A stretch of 64,000 nt of DNA from Podarcis liolepis (Eukaryota). Where the stretch lies: NCBI GenBank assembly GCA_965112155.1, contig OZ218114.1; one strand, 5' to 3'. This document shows positions 37,701 to 51,500 of this stretch, in pieces (within the stretch, counting starts at the first letter, position 1; every line of letters starts with the position of its first letter). The position numbers were made by a program, and so were the translations under genes. The notes under the pieces were generated by a model, which was not told the DNA's origin, did not search any database, and saw nothing but the letters and a program-made list of their open reading frames with translations.

Positions 37701-37838
37701 GCGGATTGTTCCCGTGCAGATAGGGATCCAAAAGTTGGCTTAGAAGTGAAACGCTGTAGGTCTGGCGTGCATAATGCTATCCGCCCCCCAGCAAGCAGTG
37801 GCAAGGATGCCCTGACAGTAGAATCATAGAATTGTATA

Positions 37839-38047
37839 CAGTGGTACCTCGGGTTACAGACGCTTCAGGTTACAGACTCCGCTAACGCAGAAATAGTACC
37901 TCGGGTTAAGAACTTTGCTTCAGGATGAGAACAGAAATCGTGCGGCAGCGGTGTGGCAGCAGCGGGAGGCCCCATTAGCTAAAGTGGTACCACGGGTTAA
38001 GAATGGACCTCTGGAACGAATTAAGTTCTTAACCCGAAGTACCACTG
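37839..38047. mobile_element. Tigger-like MITE inserted in a CR1 3' fragment (CR1 continues to ~38430)
   Basis: TIR CAGTGGTAC; flanks rejoin into a CR1-type end like 63788-64000. Confidence 0.75.
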
Positions 38048-39519
38048 CAGTTGGAAGGGACCCCCAGGGTCATCCAGTCCAACCCCCTGCAATGCAGGGA
38101 TCTCAGCTAAAGCATCCATGACAGATGGCCATCCGACCTCTGTTTAAAAAATCCTCCAAGGAAGGAGACTCTACCACCTCCAGAGGGAGACTGTTCCACT
38201 GCTGAACAGCTCTTACTGTCAGAAAGTTCTTGATGTTTAGTCAGAATCTCCTTTCTTGTAACTTGACACCATTGGTTCGAGTCCTGCCCTCCAGAGCAGG
38301 AGAAAACAAGCTTGTTCTCTCTCCCATGTGACAGCCCTTGAAATATGTGAAGATGGCTATCATCATAGCTCATCTCAGTCTCCTCTTTTCCAGGCTAAAC
38401 ATACCTGGCTCCTTCAACCTTTCTTCATAAGGCCTCACCGAACAACTCACAACTACAGAAAACAACCCCAGCTGTTCACCACGTTCTCCACAGATACGTG
38501 GGCTCAGCCAACGTGCTTTAGGAATATAGAATGCTGCCTTGCGCCAAGTAATGACTCACTGGTCCATCTAGCATGGTATTCTTATTTAGTATCAAAAAGG
38601 GAGTCCCTCTCATTGCAACTTGGAGATATTGCAAAGGACTGAAGCTTGGACTTTCTGCATGCATGCAAAGCAGCTGGTCCACAGCAGTTACATCTTTCCC
38701 AAAGACTTGAGGTTTGTCTTCTGTAGCTGGATGGTCAAGGGGTCATGTGACAAGGAAACAGCTGGCTCAGACTGTGATTTGACACACCCCACAAAGCTTG
38801 GGAGATCACTCTGCTGCAGACCAGAGTGGCCCAAGGCACTGAAACACTATGGGCACTGGTGAACTCCCTGCAGTACTTGGAGGAACCTCATTCACACAAC
38901 CCACCTTCATTATTTGCCCAGGCTGCCAGCTTTCTCAGCTGTATGGTTTCTTATTTCATTTCTGGCAGCCAGTGGGCTGAATCCAGGTTAAATGGAGCCT
39001 GTCGCTCCAGAGCAAGAGATCTGGTATTGGCTTGTGCTTTGGAAGCAGAAGGGAAGAAAGCAGACTGAGTGGAAAGTTTCCTTTGCACCACTTCCAGTGT
39101 CCGAATGCTGACCCTGCATTTCTCCCGCTTGTTTCCGGAGGGTTGGGGAGCTGGACTGCACCTGCTTCCTGGCTTCCCAGCCATGTTTCTGCTCATCCAG
39201 GCTTGGAAACAGTTTCTAGCTGCCAAAGTGAAGATAAAGTAGACTCAAGATGCTACTTGCATCATGGCTTAAAATAAAGACGTACATTGTGGGACAGGGA
39301 ACCTCTTTAAAAGAAAGTTTTGTCAGCATGCTTCTGAATAACAGTTGCTGGGAATTGCAAGGGAGGAGAGAGCTCTATTGCACTCAGGCTGCTCTTGCAG
39401 GTTTCCCAAAGGCACCTAGTTGGCTACTGTGAAAACAGAAGGCTGGACTAGATGGATCATGGGCCTGATCCAGCAGGGCTCTTCGTGTTTGCAAAGGGAA
39501 CCTTTTCTTGGGTTTAAAC

Positions 39520-40257
39520 CCACAATAATACTACAACCAGACTTAACACAGACACTGGCACCAGAGCCTGCAATAAACCCAGATGCCAACTTTGCTGCCA
39601 CATACACCCGGACAACACCATTACTGGCCCCAACAACATCACACATACCATCTCGGGACTATTTAATTGCTCATCGTCTAACATTGTGTATGCCATCAAA
39701 TGCCAACAGTGTCCTTCAGCTCTCTATATTGGACAAACAGGCCAAACCTTACGCCAAAGAATAAACGGACATAAATCTGACATCAAGAATCACAGAACAG
39801 AGAAACCAGTAGGAGAACACTTCAATCTCCCAGGACATTCTATACAAGATCTCAAAGTAGCTGTTTTACTACAAAGGAATTTCAGAAATAGACTGGAAAG
39901 AGAAGCTGCTGAATTACAACTCATTACCAAACTTAAAACCATGAAAAGACCTGGGCTGAACAAAGACATTGGATTCTTATCTCACTATACATAACTAAAC
40001 CATTTCTCACCTTCCCACCCCTTGCCTTTTCCTGTAAGACCTATTACAGTCGTCGTCAAGAGGCTCTCTCAGCTATCTGCCTATCTCCCATTCCCACCAC
40101 CCTTCTGAGTAACACCCCTCCCCACCTTCTCACTATATAGAAGGATCTGGCAACTTCTGTTTCAGTGTATCTGAAGAAGTGTGCATGCACACGAAAGCTC
40201 ATACCAAGAACTAACTTAGTTGGTCTTTAAGGTACTACTGGAAGGAATTTTTTTATT
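39520..40257 (+). mobile_element. Penelope-like element, 3' fragment with GIY-YIG endonuclease coding region (39686-39994)
   Basis: YAIKCQQC..LYIGQTGQTLRQRINGH...VGEHF...RLEREAAE...PGLN; 12-bp flanking duplication TTGGGTTTAAAC (39508-39519, 40258-40269). Confidence 0.88.
40167..40204 (+). ncRNA. Minimal type I hammerhead ribozyme motif of the Penelope element
   Basis: GUAU-CUGAAGA-a-GUGUG caug CACAC-GAAA-GC-UC-AUAC: stem I, core boxes, stem II, vestigial palindromic stem III. Confidence 0.75.
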
Positions 40258-40379
40258 TTGGGTTTAAACTGTTGGTCTAAACACCCAGCAAGTGATGTTT
40301 GTGAGCACTTTATAATAATCACAACATCATAGAACTGTAGAGTTGGAAGGGAGTTTAAGGGTCACCTAGTCCAAGCTTC

Positions 40380-40729
40380 GGAACGCGGGTGGCGCTGTAG
40401 GTTAAACCATAGAGCCTAGGACTTGCCGATCAGAAGGTCGGTGGTTCGAATCCCCGCGATGGGGTGAGCTCCCGTTGCTCGGTCCCAGCTCCTGCCAACT
40501 TAGCAGTTCGAAAGCACGTCAAAGTGCAAGTAGATAAATAGGTACTGCTCTGGCGGGAAGGTAAATTGCATTTCTGTGTGCTGCTCTGGTTCGCCAGAAG
40601 CGGCTTAGTCATGCTGGCCACATGACCCGGAAGCTGTACACCGGCTCCCTCGGCCAGTAAAGCGAGATGAGCGCCACAACCCCAGAGTCGGCCACGATTG
40701 GACCTAATGGTCAGGGGACCCTTTACCTT
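40380..40729 (+). mobile_element. Sauria SINE, full length, inserted in a CR1 fragment
   Basis: 13-bp TSD TAGTCCAAGCT(T/C)C; ACCTTT tail. Confidence 0.88.
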
Positions 40730-42762
40730 TAGTCCAAGCTCCAGCAATGAAGGAATCACAGCTAAAGAATCCCTGATCATCCACTCTGTTTAAAAATCTC
40801 CAATGCTGTTGACTCCAACACTTATCAAGGTAGTCTGTTGCACTGTCAAACAACTCTTGCTGTCAGAAGGTTCTGTCGAATGTTTAGTCATAATCTCATT
40901 TCTTGTAATTTGAACCCACTGCTTCAGATCCTTTGCTCTGGAGAAGCAGAAAGCAAGTAAGCTAATAGCAGTGGTAGCTCCAGTAGCAAACCCACAGTAG
41001 GATGCAGAAATCTAAATTGCTCCAATTTTGAGGTGTGTGTGGAACCTGATAAAACACCTTCTGCTATTTTTCAAGTTTTTCACTCAATTATCATGAAAAA
41101 CTAAGGTGTTTTTGGGGCCAATTCAAACATGTATACCACTTGATCACTTAAGATCAATGCTAGAAGACTGTCAGCTGTATTTGTGAATGCAGGTGATCTA
41201 AAAGTTTTGTTTCTGGCAAATGATGCAGATTTGCTCTTAGCAATTCCGTAGATGAATACTAGTCATTCTGATCATCTCCCTAATTGCATTCAAGGCATTT
41301 CTAGAAAGCTGCATTGCAATGGCTCAAAGAGCTAATATTAACACACTGCTATGCTTTCTCTGGAAGAAGTGTCAGCGATTTTCTAAGTAGGATCCTGAAT
41401 TATTAGCAGGATATATATATATATATATATATGTATGTATCTATGCCACTCACTCATCATGAGCCCCTGCTAAACCATGTGTGAACCTGACCTGAAATCT
41501 TGCTGCAGAAGCTGACGCAAAGAAATGTTAATTAAATTTCTGCTGATTTTGACAAAGCAAAAAGAGTGTGTGTTGCAAAGCCATCAGGCTTAAAGATATA
41601 GAAAAATGTAAACTTATTACATTAACACAGACCTTGTAATAGATCTTAGCAGATCAGTGTAGGGAGGAAAAAGCATTTTGCATTACATCCTTTTATCGAA
41701 TGTAGAGAATGTAATCTTCTAAGCATCCTCTACAATGCATGCTCTCAGACTCAGTTGCTTATCTATGAACTGGAAAGAATAAAGGCAAGTCTCTGAGAGA
41801 TCTGAAATACATACATTTATAAAAAAATACATTTATATTTTGCAAAGCTCTATACGGATGGACAAAAAAAGTTTCTTCTTCAATACTGACCCAGCTGTAC
41901 CCATCTCAACTATTTTCTTCATGGTTTTAAGAGTGTAAAATATTGTTAAAGTCATATAATAGAACAAAAACTCTTGTCTCCACAACTCAACAGTGTCAAT
42001 TTGTGCACACTGAAAACAAGGTGGTAGATTTAGCTGTTGCTAATTTATCTCCATGTATTAATGCCAGAGACCAGGGAAGAGACAGTACTGAAGTAGGGAT
42101 TCTAGGCAAAATTCACTAGACAATTTTCTGCCAGAGAAAAGTGGTTACTATGCAGCAAAATCCTATGTAGGTTTACTTTGAAGTTAAGTCCCAATGGAGC
42201 TTATTCCCCAAGAAGTGTGCACGGGATTGCAGCCTTAGAGACGTAATACAATAGGACATCAACAAAACCCTGAAAGCTAGAGTATTTTATTTCAGTGGAC
42301 ATGTTTCTGTGGAGAGACATTTTCTTAAAAATGTACATTACATGTTCCTGATCACCATTTTTGTCACAGAGGAACATCATATCTGGGTTTGAATCTTGGG
42401 GGAATGGCCTCTGCCAAACCAGAAAATGATAGAAATATCACTCCTAAGACCACTGAAAGATTAACTTTTCAACATGCATAATACAAGCTGGTGTTTCAAA
42501 GCCCGTTTATTGTATTTAGCATTTCTAACCATGCCTTGTTGCCTGGCATGACAAACTAATAAATTTACTAGTCAGATTGAAGAATTTATTAGCTTCTGAC
42601 ATAGGGCACTCTTCTCAAACTCTTTAGGAAGAAAGTTAGCCAGGGAATCCCACAAGGGCTCAGCATCCGAACAGCCCAAGGCAGAATACGATGAAGAACA
42701 GGACAGGATTTCCGAATGGACAAAGACATCGCTCTCCAAGTTGTTCACGTTGACCAAAACGC

Positions 42763-42829
42763 TCAAGGTAAAGCACTTACACTTTCTTTATCCTCAAGGT
42801 CGGGATCTGGTACCTTTTTTTTAATTTCG
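42763..42829 (-). CDS. HOATZ: HOATZ last coding exon
   Basis: SEIKKKVPDPDLEDKESVSALP* (human KVVSESDKEDQEEVKTLD*); acceptor tttcag; minus-strand AATAAA at 42585-42590. Confidence 0.8.
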
Positions 42830-42972
42830 CTGAAACCAATCAAGAAAATGCACTAAGAATACAAGTCAGTAGCTGCCACACTTTTTGAAACGATGTATGA
42901 ACTGAAACACAACTATTATTTGAAAATCTCCCTCATACAAATTTTGCAATTCAGTTCTCCAGCCAAATATTG

Positions 42973-43486
42973 CATGGTACCTTGGTTCTCAAACTTAATC
43001 TGTTCTGAAGAAGAAGAAGAAGAAGAAGAGGAGGAGGAGGAGGAGGAGGAGGAGGAGGAGTTTGGATTTGATATCCCGCTTTATCACTACCTGAAGGAGT
43101 CTCAAGGCGGCTCACATTCTCCTTTCCCTTCCTCCCCCACAACAAACACTCTGTGAGGTGAGTGGGGCTGAGAGACTTCAGAGAAGTGTGACTAGCCCAA
43201 GGTCACCCAGCAGCTGCATGTGGAGGAGCAGGGAAGAGAACCCGGTTCACCAGATTACGAGTCCACCGCTCTTAACCACTATACCACACTGGCTCTCAGA
43301 GTCCGTTCGACATCTGAAACCGTTCGAAAACCAAGGTGTGGCTTCCGATTGGCTGCAGGAGTTTCCTGCACTCAAGTGAAAGCTGCAGCAGATGTTCGGC
43401 TTCCAAAAAACGTTTGCAAACTGGAACAGTTATTATGGGTTTCCGTCATTTGGGAGCCAAGCCATTCAAGTACCAAGGTACCACTG
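42973..43486. mobile_element. Tigger-like MITE subfamily C, interrupted by a SINE
   Basis: TGGTACCTTGGT...ACCAAGGTACCACTG; related to 55006-55462. Confidence 0.7.
43007..43297 (-). mobile_element. Squam3-like tRNA-derived SINE with (CTT/CTC)n tail
   Basis: Near-identical copy at 62505-62760; tRNA-like head GAGAGCCAGTGTGGTATAGTGGTTAAGAG. Confidence 0.8.
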
Positions 43487-43620
43487 TATATCAAAGTGTG
43501 AAAATAACTGCATATATTAGTGAAAATAGCACACAAAAATATTAGACAAAAGTGTATAGAAATGTGTATAGTAGTTGAATTCTGCATGCAAGTGCTGATG
43601 AATTTCATGAGAACTTTTTA

Positions 43621-43862
43621 CAGTGGTACCTCGGGTTACATACGCTTCAGGTTACATACGCTTTAGGTTACAGACTCCGCTAACCCAGAAATAGTACCTC
43701 GGGTTAAGAACTTTGCTTCAGGATGAGAACAGAAATCATGCTCCAGCGGCACGGCTGCAGCAGGAGGCCCCATTGGCTAAAGTGGTGCTTCAGGTTAAGA
43801 ACAGTTTCAGGTTAAGAACGGACCTCCAGAACGAATTAAGTACTTAACCCGAGGTACCACTG
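43621..43862. mobile_element. Tigger-like MITE
   Basis: Perfect TIR CAGTGGTACCTCGGGTTA, TA TSD. Confidence 0.88.
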
Positions 43863-44779
43863 TATTCTTAAACAAATTCCAAACTGATGCGGAAATGTGA
43901 AGAACTGAACTTGACCAGAAAAACTAGAAACTGAGGGAAGCTGAAACTGACAGATTCTCCCATTCCTACCTCATGCAGGACAGTTATATTTTGCCTTGCT
44001 ATGGAGTTGGAACGATAAAGAGAAGAAGTGGAAGCTGTTTCTGTGAGTGGTGAAAGGGAGGGAAAGGGCTTTACAGGAAGTGAATTTTTCTACCTCGCTG
44101 CTATATTTAGTTTGAGGACATGGCTAAATGAGTATGAAGACTAATCAGTGAGAGAGAAAGAAGAAAGAGGGGAGTCATCAGTCTATGAATCGTTGAAAAC
44201 TGCCAAGGTTTTTGAACAAGAACACCCATTCTCACTTTCTCCCAGTGAGATATACGAGAGTAGCCCCCAAATACTTTAGTAAGAGGATGGGCCCAAATAA
44301 TGGTGTCTTTGTTCTGGGATTGTGTGCCTTTAACCACTGTGCCGACCATGCTAGCGGACCTCCTATGGCACATTGATGGGCCTGGGAATTCTACCTGGGA
44401 ATTCACTGATCCAGTGAGAGGCAGATCTCTCTCCACATAGTAAGGAAACCACACTGGATGAAAAACCGGACTGGGGGTGGGCAGAGAGGACCCGGGAGTA
44501 AGAACAAGCAAGTAGAAGGAATTGTTTCAGATCATTTCATGGGAGCAGCTTGGGATTCCCAGCAAAAGCACCACTGAAATGGATGCAGCATGTGCAGGCA
44601 GGGAAAGGAGGAGGAGGAGATTGATCTTAGAAGAATGTCTTGCAGAAAGACAGCACAGTAAAGCCCCGATGAACTCCAAAAAAGTCAGCTGGAACAAATA
44701 AGGCATTCTCCACCATCCATCTTAGCTGTCAATTCTAGTAGGAACCGCTGCAGCCAGAACAACCAACTCTTAAAGGAAA

Positions 44780-45780
44780 AGAGGAGAAAGGGAAAAAAAG
44801 GTGGAGAATGAACGTTTTCCTATTAAAAAACCAAAAAGTAATACAAGGAGCCAGAAAGTTGATGAAGGAATATTTTGAAAACAATTGGAGGAAAAGGACA
44901 GATGTAAAAACAGTGTGGGATGCTGGGAAGGCAGTTGTTAGGGGATATTTCGTACAATAAAACTCAACAGCATATGTCAGGGAACTACCATCGGAGCTAG
45001 AGGCGGAAGGAAGGCTCCAGAGGGATGCCGGAGAGGGTCCCAGTAGGGAGAGGGGCAGCCCATTTGCTGGGGAAGGAAATCAGCGTAACACCAGTGGAGA
45101 AGGGGGGCAGATGGGGGAATCGGAGAGGAGGCTCCAAGACTCCTCGCCGGAGACCAGCGGAGAGAGTACGGGTCCTCCGCTGCCCACACCCTCCCTGCGC
45201 AGAAGGCTTCCGCACAGGGAGACTAGGCGGAGACTAGGCGTCAAAGAATTTTTGTGCTGGAAGAAGTTCAAGAAACGCCCACTGACGGATTCTGCCAGCG
45301 ACTGAGACAGTCACGATGCTAGAGGCTGTTCAGTCAGAAAGGGTTCAACCAGGTAACCTAGCCAGGAGTGGCGGCAACTTACGCACGAGCAACCCCTAAA
45401 CCCATTACAGCATATAAGAATAAAGGGGGGGGGGAGGGAGCTTTTAGAAGAAATTAAAATGAAGGAAAAATTGGCCCATGCAAGCAAAAATAAAGAGAGA
45501 TTAAATCAAGAAATTAAATTACTGAGAGTAGAATACAATAAAATTATAGAACAGGAGGTAGAACAACAAATCAAATTTTGGAAATATAAAAATTTTGAAT
45601 GGGCAAATAAACCAGGCAAGATCCTTGCCTGGCAATTAAAGAAACAAAGAAATGAAAAATTAATAAATAAGATAAAAGTAGAAGAGAGGACAATAAGGGA
45701 CATTACAGAAATTAAAAAAGAATTTGAAAAATATTATAAAAAATTATATCAGAAAGATGAAGTGTCAATAGAAGAAGCAC
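44780..45780 (+). mobile_element. L1/Tx1-like ORF2 fragment split by a solo LTR
   Basis: VWDAGKAVVRG before the insert; ...ANKPGKILAWQLKKQ...FEKYYKKLY after it. Confidence 0.75.
44975..45409. mobile_element. Solo LTR-like insert
   Basis: TGT...ACA ends, 5-bp TSD GCATA. Confidence 0.7.
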
Positions 45781-47332
45781 TTATCAAGAGGCTTTTCAGA
45801 AACTGAAGTTGCCGTGGGATTTCTCGGGGAAAGGTACCAGGAAACCCAACAAAGTGGGAGGTGGACCTGCAGCCATTCTAATGAAATGCTCCCCGCCCCC
45901 CCAAAAAAATGTGTGCTGGAACTCACCATGAAGTTGTTACAGTAAGTTGCCGGGTGACTCAAGGCAGCCCTGAACTCGGGGCAGCCTGTTTGACAACAGC
46001 TGTGTTCACTGCCCACGGAGGTGCTAAAAGCTATGGCAAGCTGCCCCATAGCTTGTTTGAGGGTCGCCCCTGGTTTTGGTGCAGGTCAAATAAATGCACC
46101 CAAACCTCCCTCATTTTCTTGGATTCAGGCGGATAGCTAGGGCAGCTCGGAAGGGCCCTCGTGCAAACGCATGCAACTTCACAGCTGGAAACCTTAAAGC
46201 CCTATGGGGCGGAGCCAATTTCTATTTCCTTTTCTTCAGTCTGTCTCCCATGTAGCGGCAGCAGGCTTTTAGCAGCCTCTTTTTTCTTTTTGCAGAATCC
46301 ACAGGAAATCCTAGAATTTGAGGGGACTCCAGAAACCCATTTAGTCTAACCCCCAAGCTCATTACAAAACTGTAACAAGCTGGGGGTTTGAATTCTACTT
46401 TCTTGCGGGTCATAAGCTGCCCTGGCTGAGAAAAATTCTATCAATTAACACAATAAAAGGGAAGAATTTGCTGAGTGAAGGAGTGTGTGAGATGCCAAGT
46501 CAGCTCTTCCAGAGGGGTAGTTTTTTAAAAGATGTGGCTTTTAATTTCTTATGGCTTTATCCCCCCCCCATTGCTGAATCTAAACCCTGCCAATAATAAT
46601 TAATAAGACCTGCTACTTTATGCTGCCAGGTTTTACATGTTTTAGTCAGTGTTGGAGAAAATAATTTCATTTTACTATGAAGTGTGTGCCTCAATGATCT
46701 CCCCAGTCCTATTCAGCCTGCCCATTGGGCACATAAATAATCCTTCCCCCAACCCGTCATTTTAAGACTAAAAAAAAAAAAAATAGATCTTCATAGTAAA
46801 ATGAAATTACTTTGCCAATGCAGATCTACTCCATCATTGTTTATACGCACGTTGGCAGGGATGTGCCTGAGAAAGTGTGGATTAAGCCAGCCCTGGAAAG
46901 TAAGCCAGTGTTGTTTTATCCATTTTGCTGGAGGAAGCAGGGAATTAAAGTAGTATATGGCAACCCTGAAGTGTAGTCCACAGTCGTTTTTCTGGCATGT
47001 TTGGTTTCTTCCCAAGGAAATGAAGAGTGTGTGGGGAATTGGCTGTAGAAGCAGTGCAATAACCTGAGGGTTGGAGGGCGTAAAGAGGGCCGGGAGGGGG
47101 GAATGGAAGATTTTGACTTTATGTGGAGAGACTTGGAATACAAGTTTTTCAGAGACCAGGTCTACCAATAACTTGCCATCATTTAGTCACCAGACCTACC
47201 AGAAATAAAAAGCCTGCTCTCTTGTGCTAATTATGCTTTTGAGTATTTACTTCCCACCCCTGGCCTAGAGAAATTCCTACTGACAATTATGAGTGCACAT
47301 CACCCAAACTCTGGCTTTTTCATCATTAGTAT

Positions 47333-47759
47333 CCAGTAGTGATGTATGGAAGTGAGAGCTGGACCATAAAGAAGGCTGATTGCCGAAGAATTGATGCTTT
47401 TGAATTATGGTGCTGGAGGAGACTCTTGAGAGTCCCACGGATTGCAAGAAGATCAAACCTATCCATTCTTAAGGAAATCAGCCCTGAGTGCTCACTGGAA
47501 GGACAGATCCTGAAGCTGAGATGCCAATACTTTGGGCACCTCATGAGAAGAGAAGACTCCCTGGAAAAGACCCTGATGTTGGGAAAGATGGAGGGCACAA
47601 GGAGAAGGGGACAACAGAGGATGAGATGGTTGGATAGTGTTCTCGAAGCTACCAGCATGAGTTTGACTAAACTGCGGGAGGCAGTGGAAGACAGAAGTGC
47701 CTGGCGTGCTCTGGTCCATGGAGTCACGAAGAGTCAGACATGACTAAACAACAACAACA
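47333..47759 (+). mobile_element. RTE-BovB LINE 3' fragment
   Basis: MYGSESWTIKKA...IDAFELWCWRRLLRVP...YFGHLMRREDSLEKTLMLGK; (CAA)n tail. Confidence 0.92.
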
Positions 47760-47868
47760 TCCTGTAAAAATGTGTGATAAGTTGCAATGGTGCAAAGAAA
47801 ACTGGAGGTTTCACATTTCAAAAATTATAAAAATGATTAGAGACAAACAAGAAATAAAGCAATATTAC

Positions 47869-47918
47869 CTTTCACAAGATCTGGTCTTTGTCTTATATGG
47901 ATCAGATACCATTTCTTT
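47869..47918 (-). CDS. HOATZ: HOATZ internal exon
   Basis: KEMVSDPYKTKTRSCE (human KELISLPYKPK); AG/GT sites, phase 0 to 2. Confidence 0.85.
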
Positions 47919-48054
47919 CTGAGAAATAAATATCGTTTACTTCAAAAAGGTTTATAGTCACACTGTAGGCGCCAACAAAACCAAGTATCATTATCACTAC
48001 TGGCAAATCAAATACGTTACATTTCTTGTTACTACGGCATGCAAAACATAAATA

Positions 48055-48380
48055 CAGTGGTGCCCCGCAAGACGAATGCCTCGCAAGACGGAAAACTCGC
48101 TAGACAAAAGAGTTTTCCGTTTTGGAGGTGCTTCGCAAAACGAATTTCCTATGGGCTTGCTTCGCAAGACGACAATGTCTTGCGAGTTCCTGCTGGTTTT
48201 TTTCCCTCCCCCCCCTTTTCTAAGCCGCTAAGCCGCTTATCAGCTGATCCAATCAGCAGATAAGCCGCTAAAAGCCGCTAATAGCGCTAATCCTTCAATG
48301 GGCTTGCTTCGCAAGATGAAAAAACCGCTAGACGAAGAGAATCACAGAACGTATTCTTTTCGTCTTGCGAGGCACCACTG
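48055..48380. mobile_element. Tigger-like MITE subfamily B
   Basis: TIRs, TA TSD. Confidence 0.8.
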
Positions 48381-48443
48381 TACAAAAATCCAACCTCCCA
48401 AAGTTTTGGCCTGCATTAAGAAAAGAATAATACTCCTTTATAC

Positions 48444-48503
48444 CGCAATCCTCTCTTCCCTTTGTTTCTTCAATAATGCTATTATTTCTTCTCTCTTCTT
48501 GCT
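48444..48503 (-). CDS. HOATZ: HOATZ internal exon
   Basis: SKKREEIIALLKKQREERIA (human [20 protein letters not shown]); 60 nt. Confidence 0.92.
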
Positions 48504-51500
48504 CTGAAAGAAAATATACTTGCAATAATTGAGTGCAGAGATATGAATCTGGGATACTTCACACAAGCTTGTTCAACCTGGGTGAGTCGTAAAGTGACCC
48601 TGTAGAGAAGAAATGTTTGTATAGCCAACCTTTCAATTCCACACACCGTATGCTAACAGATGAGCCGAATTAATTTTGGAGATCCACCTGCCTCAAGCTC
48701 ACCCAACTGATAGAGAACTTCAACCATGTACTGGCTTACACAATCAAGACTACTTTGTTCAAGTCTCATTCTCTGCTACGAACTCACAAGTCACATACTC
48801 TCTCCATGTCAGCTTGTACACTTATAGAGTTGCTCTTAAGGATTATTTTTAAATTTTATTTATTAAATTTATATACTGCCCTTAATCTGGCAGTTCACAA
48901 GATAATGGATCGGTTTCAGGCTAACTTAGCTGAACTGAAGTCTCATTAAATTCAACAGGACAACTCAGCCATGACTAGAGATATCGGAGAAGTCCATCGG
49001 AAATGGAAAGAGGAGCAGCAATTAATCAGGAATATAAGCAATTACAAGCAGCATTCACTTCATTGTGTGTGTGTTTTAGTCTGCAAACATTACATAAATA
49101 ATTATGTTATTTTCTGCATTACTTGAGGTTTCCCTTCCACTGAAATTAATCAAGTACAGTAATTAATTATGTCAGTATTAGCCATAGCAGCTAGTGAGAA
49201 TAACATAGCTTCTAGAAGAAGCTAAACTGTAGCAGAATGGAAACAGTGCTGATTGTGATGTACACGGGACATGATGGAAACCAATGCTTCTGTGCATCCC
49301 TAGGCATGACTTACTGATTTAATTGGAAATGAAGGGCAACTAACTCACTCTGGATCCAACCCAATGGGTTGAAATGCTAAGCACATCAGAAGGAGAGGCT
49401 GATGCCAAACACTTGCTCTGTAAGCTACCACACCCTAAACAGCAAACCTCAAGTTCAAGCAAAGGAAAACAGAATGTGATTTGCTACTCTGAAAAATCTC
49501 CATTCCTCCTGCAAGACAACAAATTAGTTTTGTTCTTGATGAGATGGAATTTAGACGTCTCCTGGAGCACCATTCTGGCCTGATGATCTATATTTTGCAG
49601 GATGCACGTGGACTTAATAGTTCTCCCAGTTGTGTTTCAAAAGCAGAAAAGAGGGATATAGTGAGTCAGAATGTTGCATCTTTTGTTGTGGGAGTTGCTT
49701 GGATAAAACAAAATAGCCTGGAAAATTCTCAAGTGCAAGGAAAGGGGAAATGAATTCATTCTTGTTATGTTTTGTCAACAAATTTAGATTCTTAGTCTTT
49801 CAATCAGTCATAGCTCTTGTGAAACTTCTGCTTTTGAAAAAGCCGCTTCCAAATGAGATGGTTACACATCGGAGTTAGTTTGGTCCTTTACTATATTTAA
49901 TTTCTCTGGTTTAACCAAGACTTCTAAAGATTATTGATTTATTTAGAAAATGTATAAACTGCTTCATCAAAAAATTATCCTAGCAGTGCACAAATAAACA
50001 CAAATAAAACATGGGTAAAATTCACAAACCATTTAAAAGCATATCTGCATCAAACTATCAAAAGTTACATACTACATACATATTATATAAGAATTACAAC
50101 CACCCTATCTGAGCTTCTGGGTAGCTTATGATGCATTTTCAGTGCAACAACCTTGAGAAGTTGGTTGGTTAAGAAGACGTTGCTGGATTATACAGTTCCT
50201 GCTGCTGCTTTACTGAGTCTCTTTTATGGATTTTAGTATGGTTTTTAATTGTAACACATTCTTTCCCCTGCCTTCTGATTTGGATTATGTTCTTAAATTT
50301 TTAAAAGTAATTTAGAGACTTTCTGTAGCAAGTGACTAATAAACTGAAAAAATTAAACCATATGGCTCTACAGAATAATTTTCTAGCCAAAATCAACCAG
50401 ACTTGCTGATGACTTATGATACGCAAAATTGAGCAATCTTGAGCTCACATCTTTCTGTGGCTAAAGTATTTGACAAAATAATGGGGGAGGGGGGAACGTT
50501 GAACAGGCTCACTTCTCCTCTTAATCCAATTTCTACTAGGTAGGTTTAATGGATGTTGCTAGATGAAATCCATTATATGGTTATTAATTGCAATAAGTAG
50601 GAATGCAGGCTTGTAAGAAACAGCTGCAGACCTCAGCACTTTTCAGCTCCTCCTAACGACTGCTTGAATCTGGCTTCCTTCCCAGCCCTGAGATATAAAG
50701 CTTTTCATTTAATATAAAAAGAGGGGGAGGGAAGCCTTCTAAAATTAGACTAAAATTAGGGAAATATCCTCAAATTACAGGCTAGCACTAGCAGCCATAG
50801 CACAATACTGTAACGTTATATGGTTTACAGTAATGTTACTTACACTTTCAATTAGCTTAATGATAAATGTGCACAGTGAGCCAGGAGACAAAAGATGCTT
50901 AGTTCCACAGTGTGCTTCAGGAGTTAATTAGCAAAGAGCCAACATGGTGTTTCCCCATCAAGATATATAGAACAGTGGTCAATTTCCCGTTACATCTACT
51001 GCAGCATCATAAATGATGTGGTCCCAACAAGTCTAGAACTGACATAACTGTTGCTCCTGGAGCCTGCGCTTCCTACATCCTCTGACAGCAACTTACCTGG
51101 AATTTTCCTTGATTGATGGAGTCTAATGGACTGTACTGCCAGACTGGTTCCCCATATTCTACAATGCTGGCTATAAATGCCTCCTCTGACAGCCACAGAG
51201 TTGTCACTATTGTAACTAAGAACTACTGGCTGCTTTTCTCTGTTCAGCCTGGCTTTGTTTTTATGTTTGAACTTGATTTCCAGAACCAAAACTTGAATTA
51301 GACCAACAGCATCCTTCTTAGAAAACCTTATAATCCTTTTTTTTTATCTCTTCCAAAGCTCTGTGAGGAAAATCACCATTATTCTCAAGTTAAGTCTACG
51401 TAAATTTCAGTAATTTGGGGACGAAGATGGGTTTTGGAATGCAGGTATCCCACAAGGAATCTGCTTTAAACTGAATCAGTATAGCTGTAAGAAGGCATCA

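Noticed and set aside
36926-37731. 200+ aa ORFs around LAYN exon 1
   Set aside because: CpG-island artefacts; only the signal-peptide exon is supported.
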